From Trichodelitschia bisporula (lineage: Eukaryota): a DNA stretch of 64,000 bases. A program made the translations under genes and the position numbers. The DNA lies in the NCBI GenBank assembly GCA_010356995.1, contig ML996694.1, positions 743,224 to 807,223 of the forward strand, given 5' to 3'. Positions 24,688 through 38,570 of the stretch are shown piece after piece; position 1 is the first letter of the stretch; each line of letters begins with the position of its first letter. The notes under the pieces are model-generated. The model was given only the letters and a program-made list of their open reading frames with translations. It was not told the origin of the DNA and did not search any database.

Positions 24688-26633
24688 CTACCCGCCTCCC
24701 TGAAGCCTTCTCATCCTCTCTTCTGCCGCTCTCGCCCTCCGTTCCCTTTCCAGCCTCGCTCTCATCTCCGGCGTCAAACCGCGCATCTCAGCCTCCCTCC
24801 TCTCCGCACCACTCTGCTCCGGCACTGCCCCAACAGTCTTCCCCTTACCCATCCGTTTCTCCCTCTTAGCCTCCTCTTCCTTCCGTCCCTCCTCCCTCAC
24901 TCTGTCAGCCTCAGCCTTCCTCCTCTCCCCCTCCTTCCGCTTCTCCTCCTCCTTCTCCCCTCTCTCCCTGTCTTCACGCTCCTTCGCCTCCTCAGCACCC
25001 ATAGCTGCCCCGACACCAACCCAATCTTTCCCCTCCCCTACTATCCCACGGGCAACACGGAAAGCATCCCTCGTCGCCCGATCCGCCGCCAGATCCCCAG
25101 GCGCCTTGCCCTGGACATTCCGCACCCCAGGATCCGCCCCCATCTTGGTCAACAGCACACTAACCACAGTCGGCACACCAGTAACCGCCGCAAAATGCAA
25201 CGGCGTCGGTGCATGCCCATTCTGACTAGCAGGCGCAAATTGAAATTCCGGCGATAGGCCCTGCGCAGCCATGTACTTCGCCAAGGCGGGGGCCTTGGAC
25301 CGCTTGATGAGCGACTGGATGTGTGTCGTATGCGCAATGGCTTCCTCTTCTGCTTTGCTTGGTTTCTCCGGTTTCGGCTTCTCGGGTTTAGGCGCCAGAG
25401 CAGGCTTATCAGCCGCCGCCTCCGCAGCCGCAAGCGCCGCCTCATCCACACGCGAGACCTTAGCCCGCGTCAACTCCCTCCACGCCCTCATCAGCTCCCC
25501 TTTCGTCGGGCGACGCGTCGTAAACGGAAACCCCTTAATACGGGGATTACCCTTCGTCAAACCGCCTTCATGCAGCCCAAACAACGCCGCCCTATTAGCC
25601 GCCCCAGTGGCACGCACAAATATCCCCGCCGCCTGATCAACATAGCCCGACCACTCCACCATCAAGGCGCGGATCTCTGCCGTCAAGGCAGTCTCGTTAT
25701 ACCGCCGCAGCGCCGCGCCAGCGCTGTGTGCCGCGCCCTTCGCCGCATCGTTCGCGCTCTGCGCACCGCCCTGCTTGCGTCGCGTGGTGTATCGGTGGAA
25801 GGTTTTGTGTGCGAAGATCAGCGGTGCGGGTGGAGTACCGGGTGCACTTGACTTGGCGGCATTTGGGGCGGCGGATACAACCATCCCTGCGAAGTGGCCG
25901 CCACCGATCATGAGGAGGACGTAGTGCGGCGCATCCTCGATGGCGAAGTCGGCGGACTGAGGAGGACGTTGATCGAGACGGAGCGCGGAGAGGAGTGTTC
26001 CCGGCGTATCGGAGGGGAAGAGCGCGTGATATATGCCGAGGTAGGTATGTGGGGGAAGTTTGGGGGAGGAAAACCAGGCCAGTGGCCCCTTGAAGCGGGC
26101 GGTACGTTCCGTCTCAAGTTCATCTTCTTCCGAGGGGACCGGGTGCGCTTGCCTCTTCAGGAGCGCTTTCAACGGACCCTCGCCCCAGTCATCCCCTTCC
26201 CCGTCCTCGTCCGTGTCCGAGCCTGAGATGCTCTCATTCAGTTCCTCGATTAACGCCGCAAACTGTGTTTCGTCCACAGGATCCAGGCCGCGTTCCCGCT
26301 GCTTCAGGTTGTACCGGTGCAGGTCGGAGCGGATATGTATGCGTTGTCCAACAACGTCCGGGAAAGTTTGGGTGCATAGTTGGCAGGAGGTTGAGGGGCG
26401 GTTGTCCTTCACAAATGTGGATGGAGAAGCTTGCTCGGATTCAGGTTCGGTCCGGCTAATTGGTGCACCTTCGTCTCCCTTGAGGCTCAGGCCGTTGAGA
26501 AGGTCTTTGGGGAGATTGAAGACTACGGGGTGGATTAGCGACCGTTTGAAGCTATTATCACGTCACCCGCTCAAGTATCAAATTTACCATATAGCGGCCG
26601 CTGCAGCAGCTCATTCCCCTTGTCGTGATCCAT
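24688..26633 (-). CDS. VMS1: Vms1/ANKZF1 ribosome-quality-control tRNA-cleavage factor
   Basis: Intron 26523-26587 gives the N-terminal LLQRPLYVFNLP. C2H2 zinc finger (CQLC...HIRSDLHRYNLK), GGGHFAG, catalytic HKTFHRYTTRRKQGGAQS, ankyrin TPLHFAA and a C-terminal coiled coil. Confidence 0.95.
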
Positions 26634-27152
26634 ACTAACCGTCGTGAAGTCGTAAGTCGTGGATTCCAATACTTCGTTACAGAAGAGTAATGATATCACC
26701 CCGCCGACATTGATGCAACACCGCGCGCCAAGCCGGCCAGCCACAACGAGTCACCGACACCGCCACACCGTTTTGGGAACGCGTCCAGACGACGTCCAGC
26801 CTTGCAGGCGTAAAATCACGACATCACAAACACCAACGAATGATACACATTCACATCAAATTCGACCACAGGTATACAGTATGATACACCCCCCAGCAGC
26901 TCCAGCCCACTTGCCCACCACCGCCTCTAAACGCCGCGCAAGGGATCAGTTGCGCCAGCTCACAAAACCAGTAGGCGCCTCATATAACCCGGAAACACCA
27001 TGATAGGACTAGCACGTGCCGGTTCAAGTGCTATCGTAAGAGTGATGTCGGTCCCCCACACGGTGGCCTCTGCCAAAAGCCGCGGGGGGGGGGTGGCAGA
27101 GCTTGTTCGGGTAGCCCTCGGTCCTTCCTAGAGCCGCCTCGCAGCACTCCAG

Positions 27153-30100
27153 CTACTTCTTCCTCTGCTTCTTTGCACTACTCGACTTCTTCTCCTCTGC
27201 CTTCTTCTCCTCCGCTTTCTTCTTCCGGCTCTTCTTCAAGCCGTCACTGTGGATGAGGCCGAGATTATCCAGCGCCATGCCGTTGCGCCACTCCGTGCAA
27301 TGCCACTTGCCATCCTCGGTTTCCGCGACGGCTGCCCGTCGCGTGCTAACCCGCGTCTCATCCGGACGCTCGCGCTCCTTGCGGATGCGTTCGATACCCT
27401 CAAGATGCTTCCGCATAGGCTGCATGTGCTCCACCACCCGATCACGCCACTGCGTCAGCTCTTTACGGAGCGCTTTCTCGCGCACGCCGCGTTCGTCTAG
27501 CCACGCCATCAGCGCATCTACCGCCTCTGGATCGTCGATGTAGCCCCACTGCTTCGAGTGCTCCAGATGCGAGTCACCCTCCTCCTGCGCCTTGCGCTCT
27601 ATCGGCGTCACGCCAAAGCGCGACTTATAGGCAGCGGCGTCCTGGTGCGAGATATCAAGCAAGCCACCCCGATCCATGGAGTCTGGGCCTTGAATCCAGA
27701 TACGGCCGTTTGCGTAGCCGAGGTGTGATGTCGAGGATGAGGGGACACCGCCGAAAGGCATCCCGTTGCGTTCGAACCAGAAGTAGCGGTTGCAGAAGCG
27801 GTCACGCCCGAGCAGATGGACGCGCTGGCAGTCCGTCTCGCGAAGATCGTTGGCGATCTCCTTGATGGCGTCTTCGCAGACTTTGATCTCATCCTTCTTC
27901 TTTTGAATCTGATCTTCGACCTTCTTGAGCTCGCGCTCCTGCTTCGTCATCTTCGATGCGGCCGCCTTGTCCTTCTGTTGTGCCTTGCGCGCCGCTTCTT
28001 CGTCGCGTTTGCGTTTGCGGTAGTTGCCACGACGGAGCGAACGCGGCGTGTCTGAATCTTGGCTTTCCGTTGGGGAATTCTTGCGCGTCTCATCCATGGT
28101 GGCGTCAGTATCGCCGTTGGGCACTTGGACAGGTTTGGCGGCTGCGGTCTCGGCAACAAGCTCCTTGCGCTGCGCGTCAAGTTTTGTGAGCTCTTCGAAA
28201 CTAGACAGTGATATAATTAGTTCGGGATACCAATGTAGAGAGGTATAAATGTAAGGGGATCCCTACAGATCCTTGCGCAGGCGCTGCTGCTCCATGCGCT
28301 TCTTTCGTAAATCGGTCATGGACCGACTCATGTCATCGAGGTAGGTACGAAAAGCTTGCGTTTGAAAGCTTAGCGTTGTGATCAGCCGGAGCGCCTGCAG
28401 GCGCAGATTGATGTCTAGTTTCTGGTAGTTTTCTTTAACAGTGTCCTCGTCGGGCTCGGTCTCGGGTGGCACAAGCACAGCTAGGATCTCCTCGCAGCGG
28501 GACTTGAGAGATGGGTCTAGAGCCATCTGGTTGAGAATGCCGACGAGACAGATGATCCAGTCTTCATTTTTGAAGGTACGGTCCTTGACGCGGTCAATCC
28601 ACGTCTTGCCCTCATCGAAAAGGTCACCGGCGCGATGGACGATGAGGCTACCAGGGCTGGGGCTCTTTTCCTTGAGAGCAGCGGCCTCAGCCTTCGCGAA
28701 CGAGCTGCGCGTCGTGCGACGAGGCGGTTCCGGCTCGGGAGTCGGCTCGGGCTCGGACTCCTCGGACTCAGACTCTTCGGGTTGGGGCAAATCGACCTGC
28801 AGGTCGCCGGTTTCGTCGACAATGAGCTTGAGAACGGCGCAATGAACTTCGCTGAGGAGCTCGCACTCATGCTCATCAGAGGCAAAGCTCATGGCCTCTG
28901 CGAAGTCGTCGAGAGTGAATGAATCGAGTATATAGATCTCTGCGTGGACATTGAGCGCGTCCCACACCTCAAGTAAGTCACCGACAGACCGCAGCTTGAG
29001 GCCGGGATACGCGCATTGTTCTTGCATCTCTCCGGTGGGAGTGTCCTCCGAGATGTAGCGAAGAGTCGGACGACGCACGTCGGTCTGGCGCAGCGGCACA
29101 TCCAGGTCTTCAATGGGGTACTTGACAGAGGGCGGAGGACGGGGGGGTGAGGGGGAATCTATGGCGGGCGCAGGATGATTTTGCGGTGAAGATTGCTGGT
29201 ATGCGCCTTGAAGGTTGAGCTTATAATTGTCGTAGTGGTTGATGGGAATTGCTGATTGGGGCCTCGTGCTTGCCTCCGGAACTTCGCCTGGGCGAAAAGA
29301 TTGTGAATTGCTCTGCATACTAGGTTGGGATGTGAGGAATTGCGCACCTCTCTCCTGCTTATATTGACCGATGTCGTGAGGGATGAATCTGTGACCTTTT
29401 GGTAGTCCCTTTGGGCTGGGCCGGATATCGAGGGTTTGTCGGGGCTGCTTGATGAGCAAGTTGAGGAACGTAATGTCAGCTTCGGCGACTGACTGCCCCG
29501 GCATTTTGGGCGGCATTTTTTTCTGTTGTGCAATGCTCTGGGCAATGTGCTGTTGTTGTGGAGGTATATCAGTAGAAAGTCCGAATTCCCTGGCGAGTTG
29601 TGGCTTGGCCATCCACGGCGACCCGTGCCACGATTCAGGCGTGAGGCTCCGGCGGAGGAAGGCGCGAAGGGCCTGCTTGGAGAACGACTTCGGGTCACGC
29701 CGAAGCTCCGAGGCCGAGCACATCTTATAGTCTCGGCAGATGTGGCCACTAATAGAGTGTTCGTACTCAATCGAGATGCCATATTGCGATGTTGCAGGAA
29801 ATTGGGTGCCGTCAGAGGTGCGATATGCCGCTTGGGTGACCTTTTCTCGGATGGGGCCTTCATATCCGCTCTCGATGATGGTCACGTGTTCGCCGGGGAA
29901 GAATTCGTTTCTCAACTCCTGTCAGAGTTAGCAGAACAGCGCGATGAGCAGCAAATATGCATACCTCCGAGACAAAGGTTACTGCACACAGTTAGCTTGA
30001 GTCGGATTAATTCACTTGATCAAAACTCACCCAACTGCTCGAACCGTGGCACGGGTACCAGTTGTGCTAGCTTCAAAACGGGTCCCCTGAGCGGCGTCGG

Positions 30101-30605
30101 GAAAGCGCCTTCATGTCCAGGTGTATTCTCGACCTTAGAAGTTAGATGCTTTTCAATAAAGTATCGCAAGAGATATACCTCGCTAGCGTACGCTTCGAAG
30201 AAGCTTAGCTTTCCCTGCCCTGTCGCTTCGCACTGGAACCACTTCTGTGCATAGAATTCGCGTCTATCTCGTCAGCCTGACGGTCGCTTGGCTTCGCGCC
30301 ACTGCACTCCACTTCGCAAAATAGGGCGAAATAAGTCGCGCGAAGGACATTGCAGAAGCAGACAAACGCACCTCTCAAGGTACTCCTCGTACTTCTTGAA
30401 AACTTCTCCCGTTTCACGTATCTCCCAGACCTGCACGCATCAGTATCTTGCCTGCCGTCGCAACGAGGGTATGTGTACCTCAGCGTTTGGTGCATATTCC
30501 ACCCCCGCGGGGTCGGGGCGTAGTGGGACGCGCTTGTGCTTGTAGAGAACCTGCAGATGGTCAGCTATGTGCTATGACCAGCCGAACGAGGCGCGAGCTC
30601 ACCAT
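27153..30605 (-). CDS. ITC1: ISW2-complex subunit Itc1 (ACF1-like; WAC, DDT and WHIM domains)
   Basis: Introns 30551-30602, 30431-30478, 30264-30371, 30134-30178, 29982-30030, 29919-29964 and 28201-28266 give MVLYKHK...VWEIRETGEVFKKYEEYLER (WAC). Also KYPIEDL, LLEVWDALNV..LDSFTLDDF (DDT), LGRDRFCNRYFWFE and WLDERGVREKAL. Confidence 0.92.
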
Positions 30606-32358
30606 GTTGATACCGCGAAGTCCCCGTTAGAAAGCTTGTACTTCGGAAAGCGGCGTCCTGCGGCGCCGCCTCTTATTGACGAGAATGGGCCCCCAGTGAA
30701 TGCTGTCGCCCTCACAAACACCGGTCGCTTCCCCTTCAATCGTCCTCCGTCCTAGCGTCAAGACGCGACGAGTACCACGCGTCGAAGCGGCGAACCCCCA
30801 CCGAGACCAGCGCCGAACCAACGCGCCGCAAACTACGCGTCTTCTTTCCGCACCCTTCTCTTTCCTACGCGGCGTTCTCGTATTGTGATTACCGTCGGTG
30901 TTTCCGTATCCCGGCGCGCTATACCACAATCCAGTGCCCACTCGCAGGCGTGCGCATAGCGGCTGTAATATCGTATAAAGCGCGAGGCGGTGTTAAGCGA
31001 AAGCGAAGGTGCAGATGCTCGATGTTGCCGGCAAGGTCGCGTTTTCGTGGGCGATTTGAAGGTGGTTGAGGTATTCGGCAGCAGGTGCAAGGAGTGTGGT
31101 GAGAACAGAGAGCGGTGTTTGGTGGGAGAAGTGTGGACTCTGGTGGGTTGCGGAGATGCGCGCAGGGTTGTCCGGCTGGCCGCTGGCTGGGCACAGTGCG
31201 TGAGCTAGCACGTTTGGGACATGGGGGTGCATGGGGGAGGGGGGGGGGAGGCAGGAGGCGAGATCGAGATCTGAATGTGATGACAACACCAAGGCACTTA
31301 AGGCATATGCGAAGCTAAACGAAGGTTGCTAACTTTTGCCGGGATAAAGATCGATTGAACTACGCTCATCTTCCACCATCTAGTTATATTCTCCATATCG
31401 TGAATATGTATTAAGCAGAGTTCATCGCGGCGAACTTGAGCCGCATCCTTCGCGGCAAGGGACGAGAGGAAGCGATGCGAGCGTGGAGGACGCGCAATGA
31501 GGATGATTGATCTTAAAGCATCCATCGGATACCATGGTATCAATTGTGCTCGCAGATGGCGATTACGCGCTTATCATTTGAATGTTGTAGTGGTCAAGCT
31601 CTCCCCGCCGAACCACGCCAAGGCATGAGTGCTTCTGTTTTAGGCATTTGGGTGTAGCCGGTGGCGAGCATAACGTTGAAGCTGTACTTACCATCGAAAA
31701 CATGCTAGATGCGGCTTGAACTGCCAGCATCTCAACTGCATTCAGCTCATAATTCAGACATTTCAGCAACAGTCAAACCAATCTACATCTGAATGCGTCG
31801 CTGCAGAGAACAATGGATTTGATGTCCCCTTGAGCCTAGCTCAGCCTTGGCGGTGTCCCACGCGGCGAAACGTCGGGCGATGCGTGGTAGGGGTCTACAT
31901 CGCACGTTGGGGATTGTCGTTAAGATCTCCTCAGCACAAAGCACCGTTATCGGACACTGCCAACATGACGATCTGTCGCACCATTCAAATCAACGTCTGT
32001 ACAATCTGGTTATTAAAGAGTTAGCTCATACCCGACTCCGCACACTGTTCGTGCAAACACCGACAACACCATATCATCAAATTCCTAACAAGACATCCGA
32101 GAACATGCAAGCTAGAGCAGGAAAAGGTGGACATTCATTGGTGATCTCCCGGGAAAAAGGCCCTCCCCCCATTTTGAAAGCACAAACGCCGTCATAAAAG
32201 GACTCCGAAGAACCCCCTCCCCCGCGAAATATACTCCGACTGCCCACATCTTACTATACTCCACTTCGAAACCAGTAAATATCGCCGGAAACATTCCATT
32301 AATCCACACTAGCTGCAGCTGTTGCGCTCCAACTGTGGGGACTAGCCAGAAAGGCGTC

Positions 32359-33602
32359 CTACTCCTGAGCGGTGGCGGCAGCAGCCGGAGCCGCCGCAGC
32401 GTCACCTCCCTCAACAGCCGGAGCAGCCTCCTCCTTGGGCGCCGACGGGTCCTCGTCCTCCTTGCCAGGGCTGTCAATGGCGATCTTAACAGCAATCTCA
32501 CGGCCTTCAATCTCCTTGCCGTTCATCTCTTCACAAGCCTTCAGCTGAAGCTCCTCAGACGCGAGAGTGACGAAGCCGAAGCCACGGCCCTTACGGGGCT
32601 CACCGCGAGCCTGGAGCTTCTTAACCATGAAGCGGGGAATCGGACGGAGGGCGATCTTGGCGGTGACCGGGGAGTAAGCGGTGAAGATCTCCATGAGCTA
32701 CATGCGTCAGCGGATAGCCATATAATAGAGTCGCAAAGCTAACCTTGTCCTCACGAAGGTCATACGGCAGGTTCGCGACCATGACCTTGGTCTTGGACGG
32801 AATTCCGTCCTCAGGCGGGCCGCGCTGCTTGCGCTCGCCGCGAGGAGCGCGCGGCTTATGAGCTTTCTCTTCACTGTCCTTCGCCCCAGAGTCGTTTGTG
32901 GTCTGCACGAGTGGGTCCACCTGAGCAGGCACGTTGATCGGAGCATCCGTAACCTGGGCACCTTCACCTTCGACGTGGCCGTTGGTGTCATCCTGGCCAC
33001 CCTGGTTCGTTTAGTCATCTTATAGACATGAGGGGTGAAGACTTACACGGCCGCCACGAGGGGCGCGACCGCCACGACCACGAGCGCGGCCGCGGCCACG
33101 ACCCGAGGAGCGACGGCGAGCTTCGCCACCGCTCTGACCCTCGCCACCACTACCCTCAGCCGGCTCGTGCTTGCGAGCGATCTGAATAGAGACCTTCCGG
33201 TCGAGGATAGCCTGGCCGTTGAGCTCGGTGATGGCGCGCTCAGCCTCGGACGGGGTCGAGAGGTCAACGAAAGCATAGCCGACGGGACGGCTGGTGCGAG
33301 GATTGGTCGGAATGGAGACCGATTCGCTTTTGATGTCATTATGAGATGTTCGAGATGAGATTTGGGGGAGAGGTGGGGTAAACATACACCAGGTAGCTCG
33401 TGAAGAACTCCTTCAACTCCTCCTCCGTGGTGGCGTAGGCGAGGTTACCAATGTACAGACGACGACCTGAACCGTTAACCGGTGCGTTCAGAGCAGCGAT
33501 GTCAAGTTTACCTTCGGCCGCGGAGGCGATGGTCTCGGCGTGGTTGCCATTGGGCTGCTCGATCTGGCCAGCGGCAGTGGTAGTGACATTCTCGGCAGAC
33601 AT
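32359..33602 (-). CDS. RRM-RGG-RRM RNA/ssDNA-binding protein (Sbp1/Tcg1-like)
   Basis: Introns 33467-33511, 33327-33387, 33002-33046 and 32698-32743 give RRLYIGNL...GYAFVDL, an RGRG tract and KVMVANLPY...RGFGFVT. A 5'-UTR intron at 33603-33660 ends directly before the ATG. Confidence 0.9.
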
Positions 33603-34743
33603 CTAAACAGATTAGCGGGCAAGTCAAGGTGTGCATGTCACGGCCAGAAGGACAACATACGTTTGCAGTGAGTGCGGTTGACGACGAAGTGCCTTGTGAG
33701 GTCAAACGACGCTGGAAATGGTTGACGATTGGGGAAGTATTGGCAGCGGAGGAGTTCGTTGAGCGGGTAGCTTAGTGCCCGAGAGAAGCGGTTGATGAAA
33801 CGAAGTTGCGGGGGGGGTTTCGTGATTCTTGGTGGATTTGTTGTTGGATGGAGGAAGGGGAAGGGAGGGCGAGAAAGGGGAGAGAAATTTGAAGTCCACC
33901 ACACCAAGCCAACAGAAACTGGCGCTAGCTCCACATATGGCTAGCGTAGTATCGGAGGGTTGAAGGTAAGCGCGGTCATGGGAGTCCTGGGTATGTCGTT
34001 GCCTGGAACAGTCTGGCCGTTTTGGCCCTGCAAAAGGATTCTTTGGTCGCGCCTGGCGGTACAGTATTCACTTGGTGGCTAAGAACGACTTCTTTTACGT
34101 CGTATGAGGCTCTGATCGCTGGAAACATCGATGCTCCATATCTACACGATTGCACTCAACTCTCGCTTTCTTCCTTCATTATCTTCAGCTCTTTCCTCCT
34201 GGAGCCTGAGGCCCCACTGCGACTCGTACGTGGAGTGACGTAGTTCGACCTTTCTTTCTTTTCGCGGTAACTAGCTTCGAGGCTTGTGCGGCTCCCCGCT
34301 TACCTGCCGTTTGATACTGCACGCAAAATGCGACTGCAGGATGCAGGTACCTTTCACACTGCAGTTGCGGGCCGTTGAAGACATGTGAACCACGCGCTTT
34401 TTTCTTCTTTTCACTCTCTTCCCGCTTGTGAACTGATTGCTCCTTCTATCTGATTCTGGCCGCGTACCATGGGATCATCGTACTAGCCACGTATTATCTC
34501 ATCATCCATACATCGGCCGGCCCCACTCTTTCCCCGCTGGCTGATGCTAGCGCATCCATCCGCGCGCCTACCCCAGACGCCTTCTCGCTATCGTCGCTAC
34601 CTAATTTGGGTCATTTTCGCCGTTTGATGTAGCTGTATTCTCAAGGCGGAAGGAGGCAACCGCAGTCGCATCTCGGAAGGGAAGGCGTCTCCTCTAACCT
34701 TACGTATTAGGATCTGGGTAGAGAAGGAGCCACCCACCCCATT

Positions 34744-36783
34744 ATGGCCTCAACAGTACTGCCTCCCCGCTCTGCTCTCGTCGTCTACGGCTCCGAAACC
34801 GGCAATGCGCAAGATGTCGCTGATGAGATCGGAAGAGTGTGTTCGCGACTGCGCTTCACCACCACCGTTGCCGATTTCAACTCCATCTCGCTCCGCCAGC
34901 TCCTGCAGCACCAGATCGTGATCTTTGCCATTTCTACCACTGGCCAGGGCGACCTTCCCGCCAATGCCCAGTTCTTCTGGAAATCGCTGAGAAGCGTCCG
35001 CCTTCCGCCGACATGTCTCCTTACCCTCCGCTTCGCCTCATTTGGCCTCGGCGATTCCTCTTACCCCAAGTCGGTTGTACTTGACACATGTATCGAGCAG
35101 CGTAGCTGATTCTGCAGATTCAACTGGGCCCATCGCAAGCTGTACAACCGCGTGATGCAGCTGGGTGCGCAGCCGATTTGCGATCGTGGCGAAGCCGACG
35201 ACCAGCATCCTGAGGGGTGCGTTGTACCTTGCTGTTGATCACGATCTGACAATCCGCAGTGTCGACGGAGCGTTTGTGCCATGGTTGGTCCAGTTGCGTA
35301 GACGCTTACTCGAGGAGTTTACTCTTCCCGACGGTGTCGAGCCGATCCCAGATGACGTACTGCTCGAGCCAAAGTGGATACTGGACTTTGCGGATTGTGA
35401 CGAGCAGTGTGTGCCGGTGTGTGACGGAACGTCGGAGACTGAGAATGTCGGGAAGCCTGCTGATCCGACGCTACCACCAACGGAGCTGCTGCAAATTGAC
35501 GATGGAATTGCCGCAACTGTACTCACCAACGACCGTATCACACCTGCAACTCATTGGCAGGATGTTCGGCACCTTACTCTAAAGTTGGCGGAGAACCGGC
35601 AGTACTCTCCGGGAGATATACTGGCGATCCACCCAAAGAATTTCCCGCAAGATGTTGAGCAATTCATCGAGTTGATGGATTGGACATCCGTCGCGGATAA
35701 GGCGCTGAAATTCACTCCTACAGGCCTAGACGTAGATCTGGCGACCTACCCGCAGCCACCGAAGCCGCCGCTCGGTAGAGACTCAAGCCTTACACTTCGA
35801 GCCCTCCTGACCAACTACCTTGACATCATGTCCATCCCACGGCGGTCCTTCTTTTCGCTATTGCAGCACTACACCACGGACCCCTTCCACCTTGAGCGTC
35901 TGAGAGAATTCACCAACCCGGAATACATCGACGAGCTCTATGACTACACAACACGCCCCCGACGCTCTATCCTCGAAGTTTTCACCGAATTTACCTCGAG
36001 TCGCATCCCTTGGCAACGCGCCTGCGACGTCCTCCCCGCAATGCGTAGTCGCCAGTTCAGTATCGCCAGTGGCGGACACCTAAAGACCCTAATTCGCCCC
36101 GACACGACGACGTTGACAAAAGTCGAGCTCCTCATTGCCATCGTACGGTACAAAACGGTCATCAAGCGCACGCGCCAGGGCGTTGCCACGCGGTACATTG
36201 CGTCCCTAGCACCGGGGCAGGAGATCACAGTCACCATACTGAAGGGCGGCATTCGTGTCAAGGACGCGGATATGGTCCGCCCAGTTGTGCTCATTGGCCC
36301 TGGAACAGGTGTTGCACCGCTGCGAGCTTTGATCTATGAACGGGCCGCATGGCGGAGTGAGCGTGGGGTCAACGTTGATGGCAAAGAGACCGAGCTGCTA
36401 TTCTTCGGTTGCCGAAACGAGGATGCGGATTTCTTCTTCAGCGATGAGTGGAAGGCTCTGGAGGGACGTGGGCTCCTTGTCTTTGCAGCATTTTCGCGGG
36501 ATCAGAGACGGAAGGTTTATGTGCAGGACTTGGTAAGGGAAGAGGGCTCGAGGGTATGGGATGCCATCGGCAAGGACTGCGGGATGGTTGTTGTGTGCGG
36601 GTGAGTGTTCCTGTCTGATTCAGGCGTTGCTGATGGCGTAGATCGTCTGGGAAGATGCCTCTTGCGGTACGGGAAGCGCTCGTGGAAGTCTTCCAGAAGC
36701 AGGGCCAGATGGCACGTTTTGCTGCCGAGGAATACTTGATCAGGCTGGAGAAGGAGGGCCGTTACAGACAGGAGACGTGGTAA
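34744..36783 (+). CDS. TAH18: NADPH-dependent diflavin oxidoreductase 1 (Tah18/NDOR1)
   Basis: Introns 35070-35117, 35217-35259 and 36601-36641. Motifs YGSETGNA, STTGQGD, GLGDSSYPKFNWA, RQFSIAS, GPGTGVAP, AFSRDQ..KVYVQD, CGSSGKMP and C-terminal QETW*. Confidence 0.96.
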
Positions 36784-38402
36784 TGGTTCATGGCATTCTT
36801 TTCGTAAGAGTACCTTGCGGGCCATGGTAATCGTGCACCCCTCCTAGCCGTAAGCAAGGAACATACGCGATCGAACCGAAAATCTAACGGGACGGCAGCA
36901 GAGTGTAAAGAGAAGAGCGCAAGGAGATCCAGTCGGTGGTTCCCTAGAAGAGATTGTAAATATCCGATTAGAACGGCAATGCGTCTCCATCTCAACATTC
37001 TCTCACCTGAACGGTTAAATAGAAACACGGCTACGGGCACAGCCGCGAAGCGGGGGAGCGACTGGATGATTCGGTGGATCGGGGCATGGTTGCTTTGTAG
37101 GATATGCTGAGCTGATTCTTGGAGGTTTTTCTTGGGATGTGGTGGGCAGGCTTTCCGTATGTTTATTCAGGAGTGCAGAGATTAGGGCGAGAGTTTTGGA
37201 AGAAGAAACCTCCCGAATGGTGGGAGAGGGGGGTTTTATACCCAGTGTGCGCAGGGGGATCACTTACGGCCCTGTCTTCTCTCATAGAACCATGGTTCGG
37301 AATTCGTAACATGGTACGGAACGTGAGAGGCCGATGAGCTCCCATTCAGGGACCGCCAGGCTGTGTTTGCCAACTCTCACGATGTCCATATGAGGATATA
37401 CCCCTAGCTTAGAACTAGTAATCCCATCAGACCTGTCTCCTTGACAGTGAGAATGTGGTTGGGCGGATTGCGGGAACGAAAAGGCAAGTGAGAAATATGA
37501 GAGCCCCGTGTGGTTGATGACGGGATTGAGGGCCGTGGCCGGAAAAACTAATCGCAGCACCGAATGTTCAGGTAAGTGGCGTATAGGCACGCGGTACGGT
37601 GCTTTGTATAAGGCGCGGGCCGTTGTCTCCGCACTGAACAGCACGCAGCTGGCGCCGGCATGTGTCAAGGGGCCGTAGAAAATGTTGTGATGCTGGATAC
37701 TCACCACCCCCCATAGCGCATGAATACTCTTTTGGCTGTGTCGGAGGAGAACAGGGGCGACCGAGCGTGAAGAATTGCTAGCTGACTCGATCCGAATGAA
37801 TTCCAAGCGGTCGTTGATGGATGAGGCAGCCCGACGGAATACTAGCTTGGTGTTGCTGATATCACTGCTCTCAGAGACGTACCCGTCCGCCTGTAAGGGG
37901 TGCCGCAATTTTATCTCCTAGTCCTCGGGGATGGAGTTGAGGGCGGAGGGGATGGTGAGGGTCATGAGATGAGTCTGATGATGCAAAATCTGATGTGGGG
38001 AGTTACATAAGAGCTTATGACAAGTAATCCTAACGTTATATGCATGGCAGCAGACCCCTGTATGTTAGAAGGCGCCGATAGTTACTCGGTGAGCATTGAG
38101 GTGCAGAGGAAGTGACATATTACCATACATCGTTACTACTCATATTGTGCATGCTTACTGCCTATATTTGGACGGCAGGCATAGTTGTAGTGTAGTCATT
38201 GCCTGCCATTAAGGCAGGCAAGGGAGCATAGTCAACAGAGTACAGCTAGCAGGTATTAGCCAGGGGAGAGGAGAAGCGTCTGCATTGTTGACCTGCATAT
38301 ATCCAGTAGCTCCCCGTGGCCCTTTTGGCCGTGTTGTCAGTTATTCAGCTTTGCTTCACACACAATTGCATTGTGCTGCCACAACAGGCATTATGGGTTG
38401 GC

Positions 38403-38570
38403 TGTCACCGGTGTTAGCTAAGCATTACTATAATTACCGGAAGCAGCGTTAGGATGCTGGAGGGGGGCATTCGGATATTATTAGTATTTAAGCCCTACGG
38501 TCCCGTGGCCCTTGGGGCTCTTCGTCTTTTCACTCACCTTTGGCTTTTGCTCCCACATTGTATTGTGACG
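38403..38570. mobile_element. Possible degenerate solo-LTR relic
   Basis: Bounded by TGTCAC...GTGACG, with an internal TATTTAAG and partial similarity to 38296-38375. No target-site duplication was found. Confidence 0.25.

Noticed and set aside
37282..37908. 208-aa minus-strand ORF
   Set aside because: It has a TTG start, no motifs and no evident codon bias.
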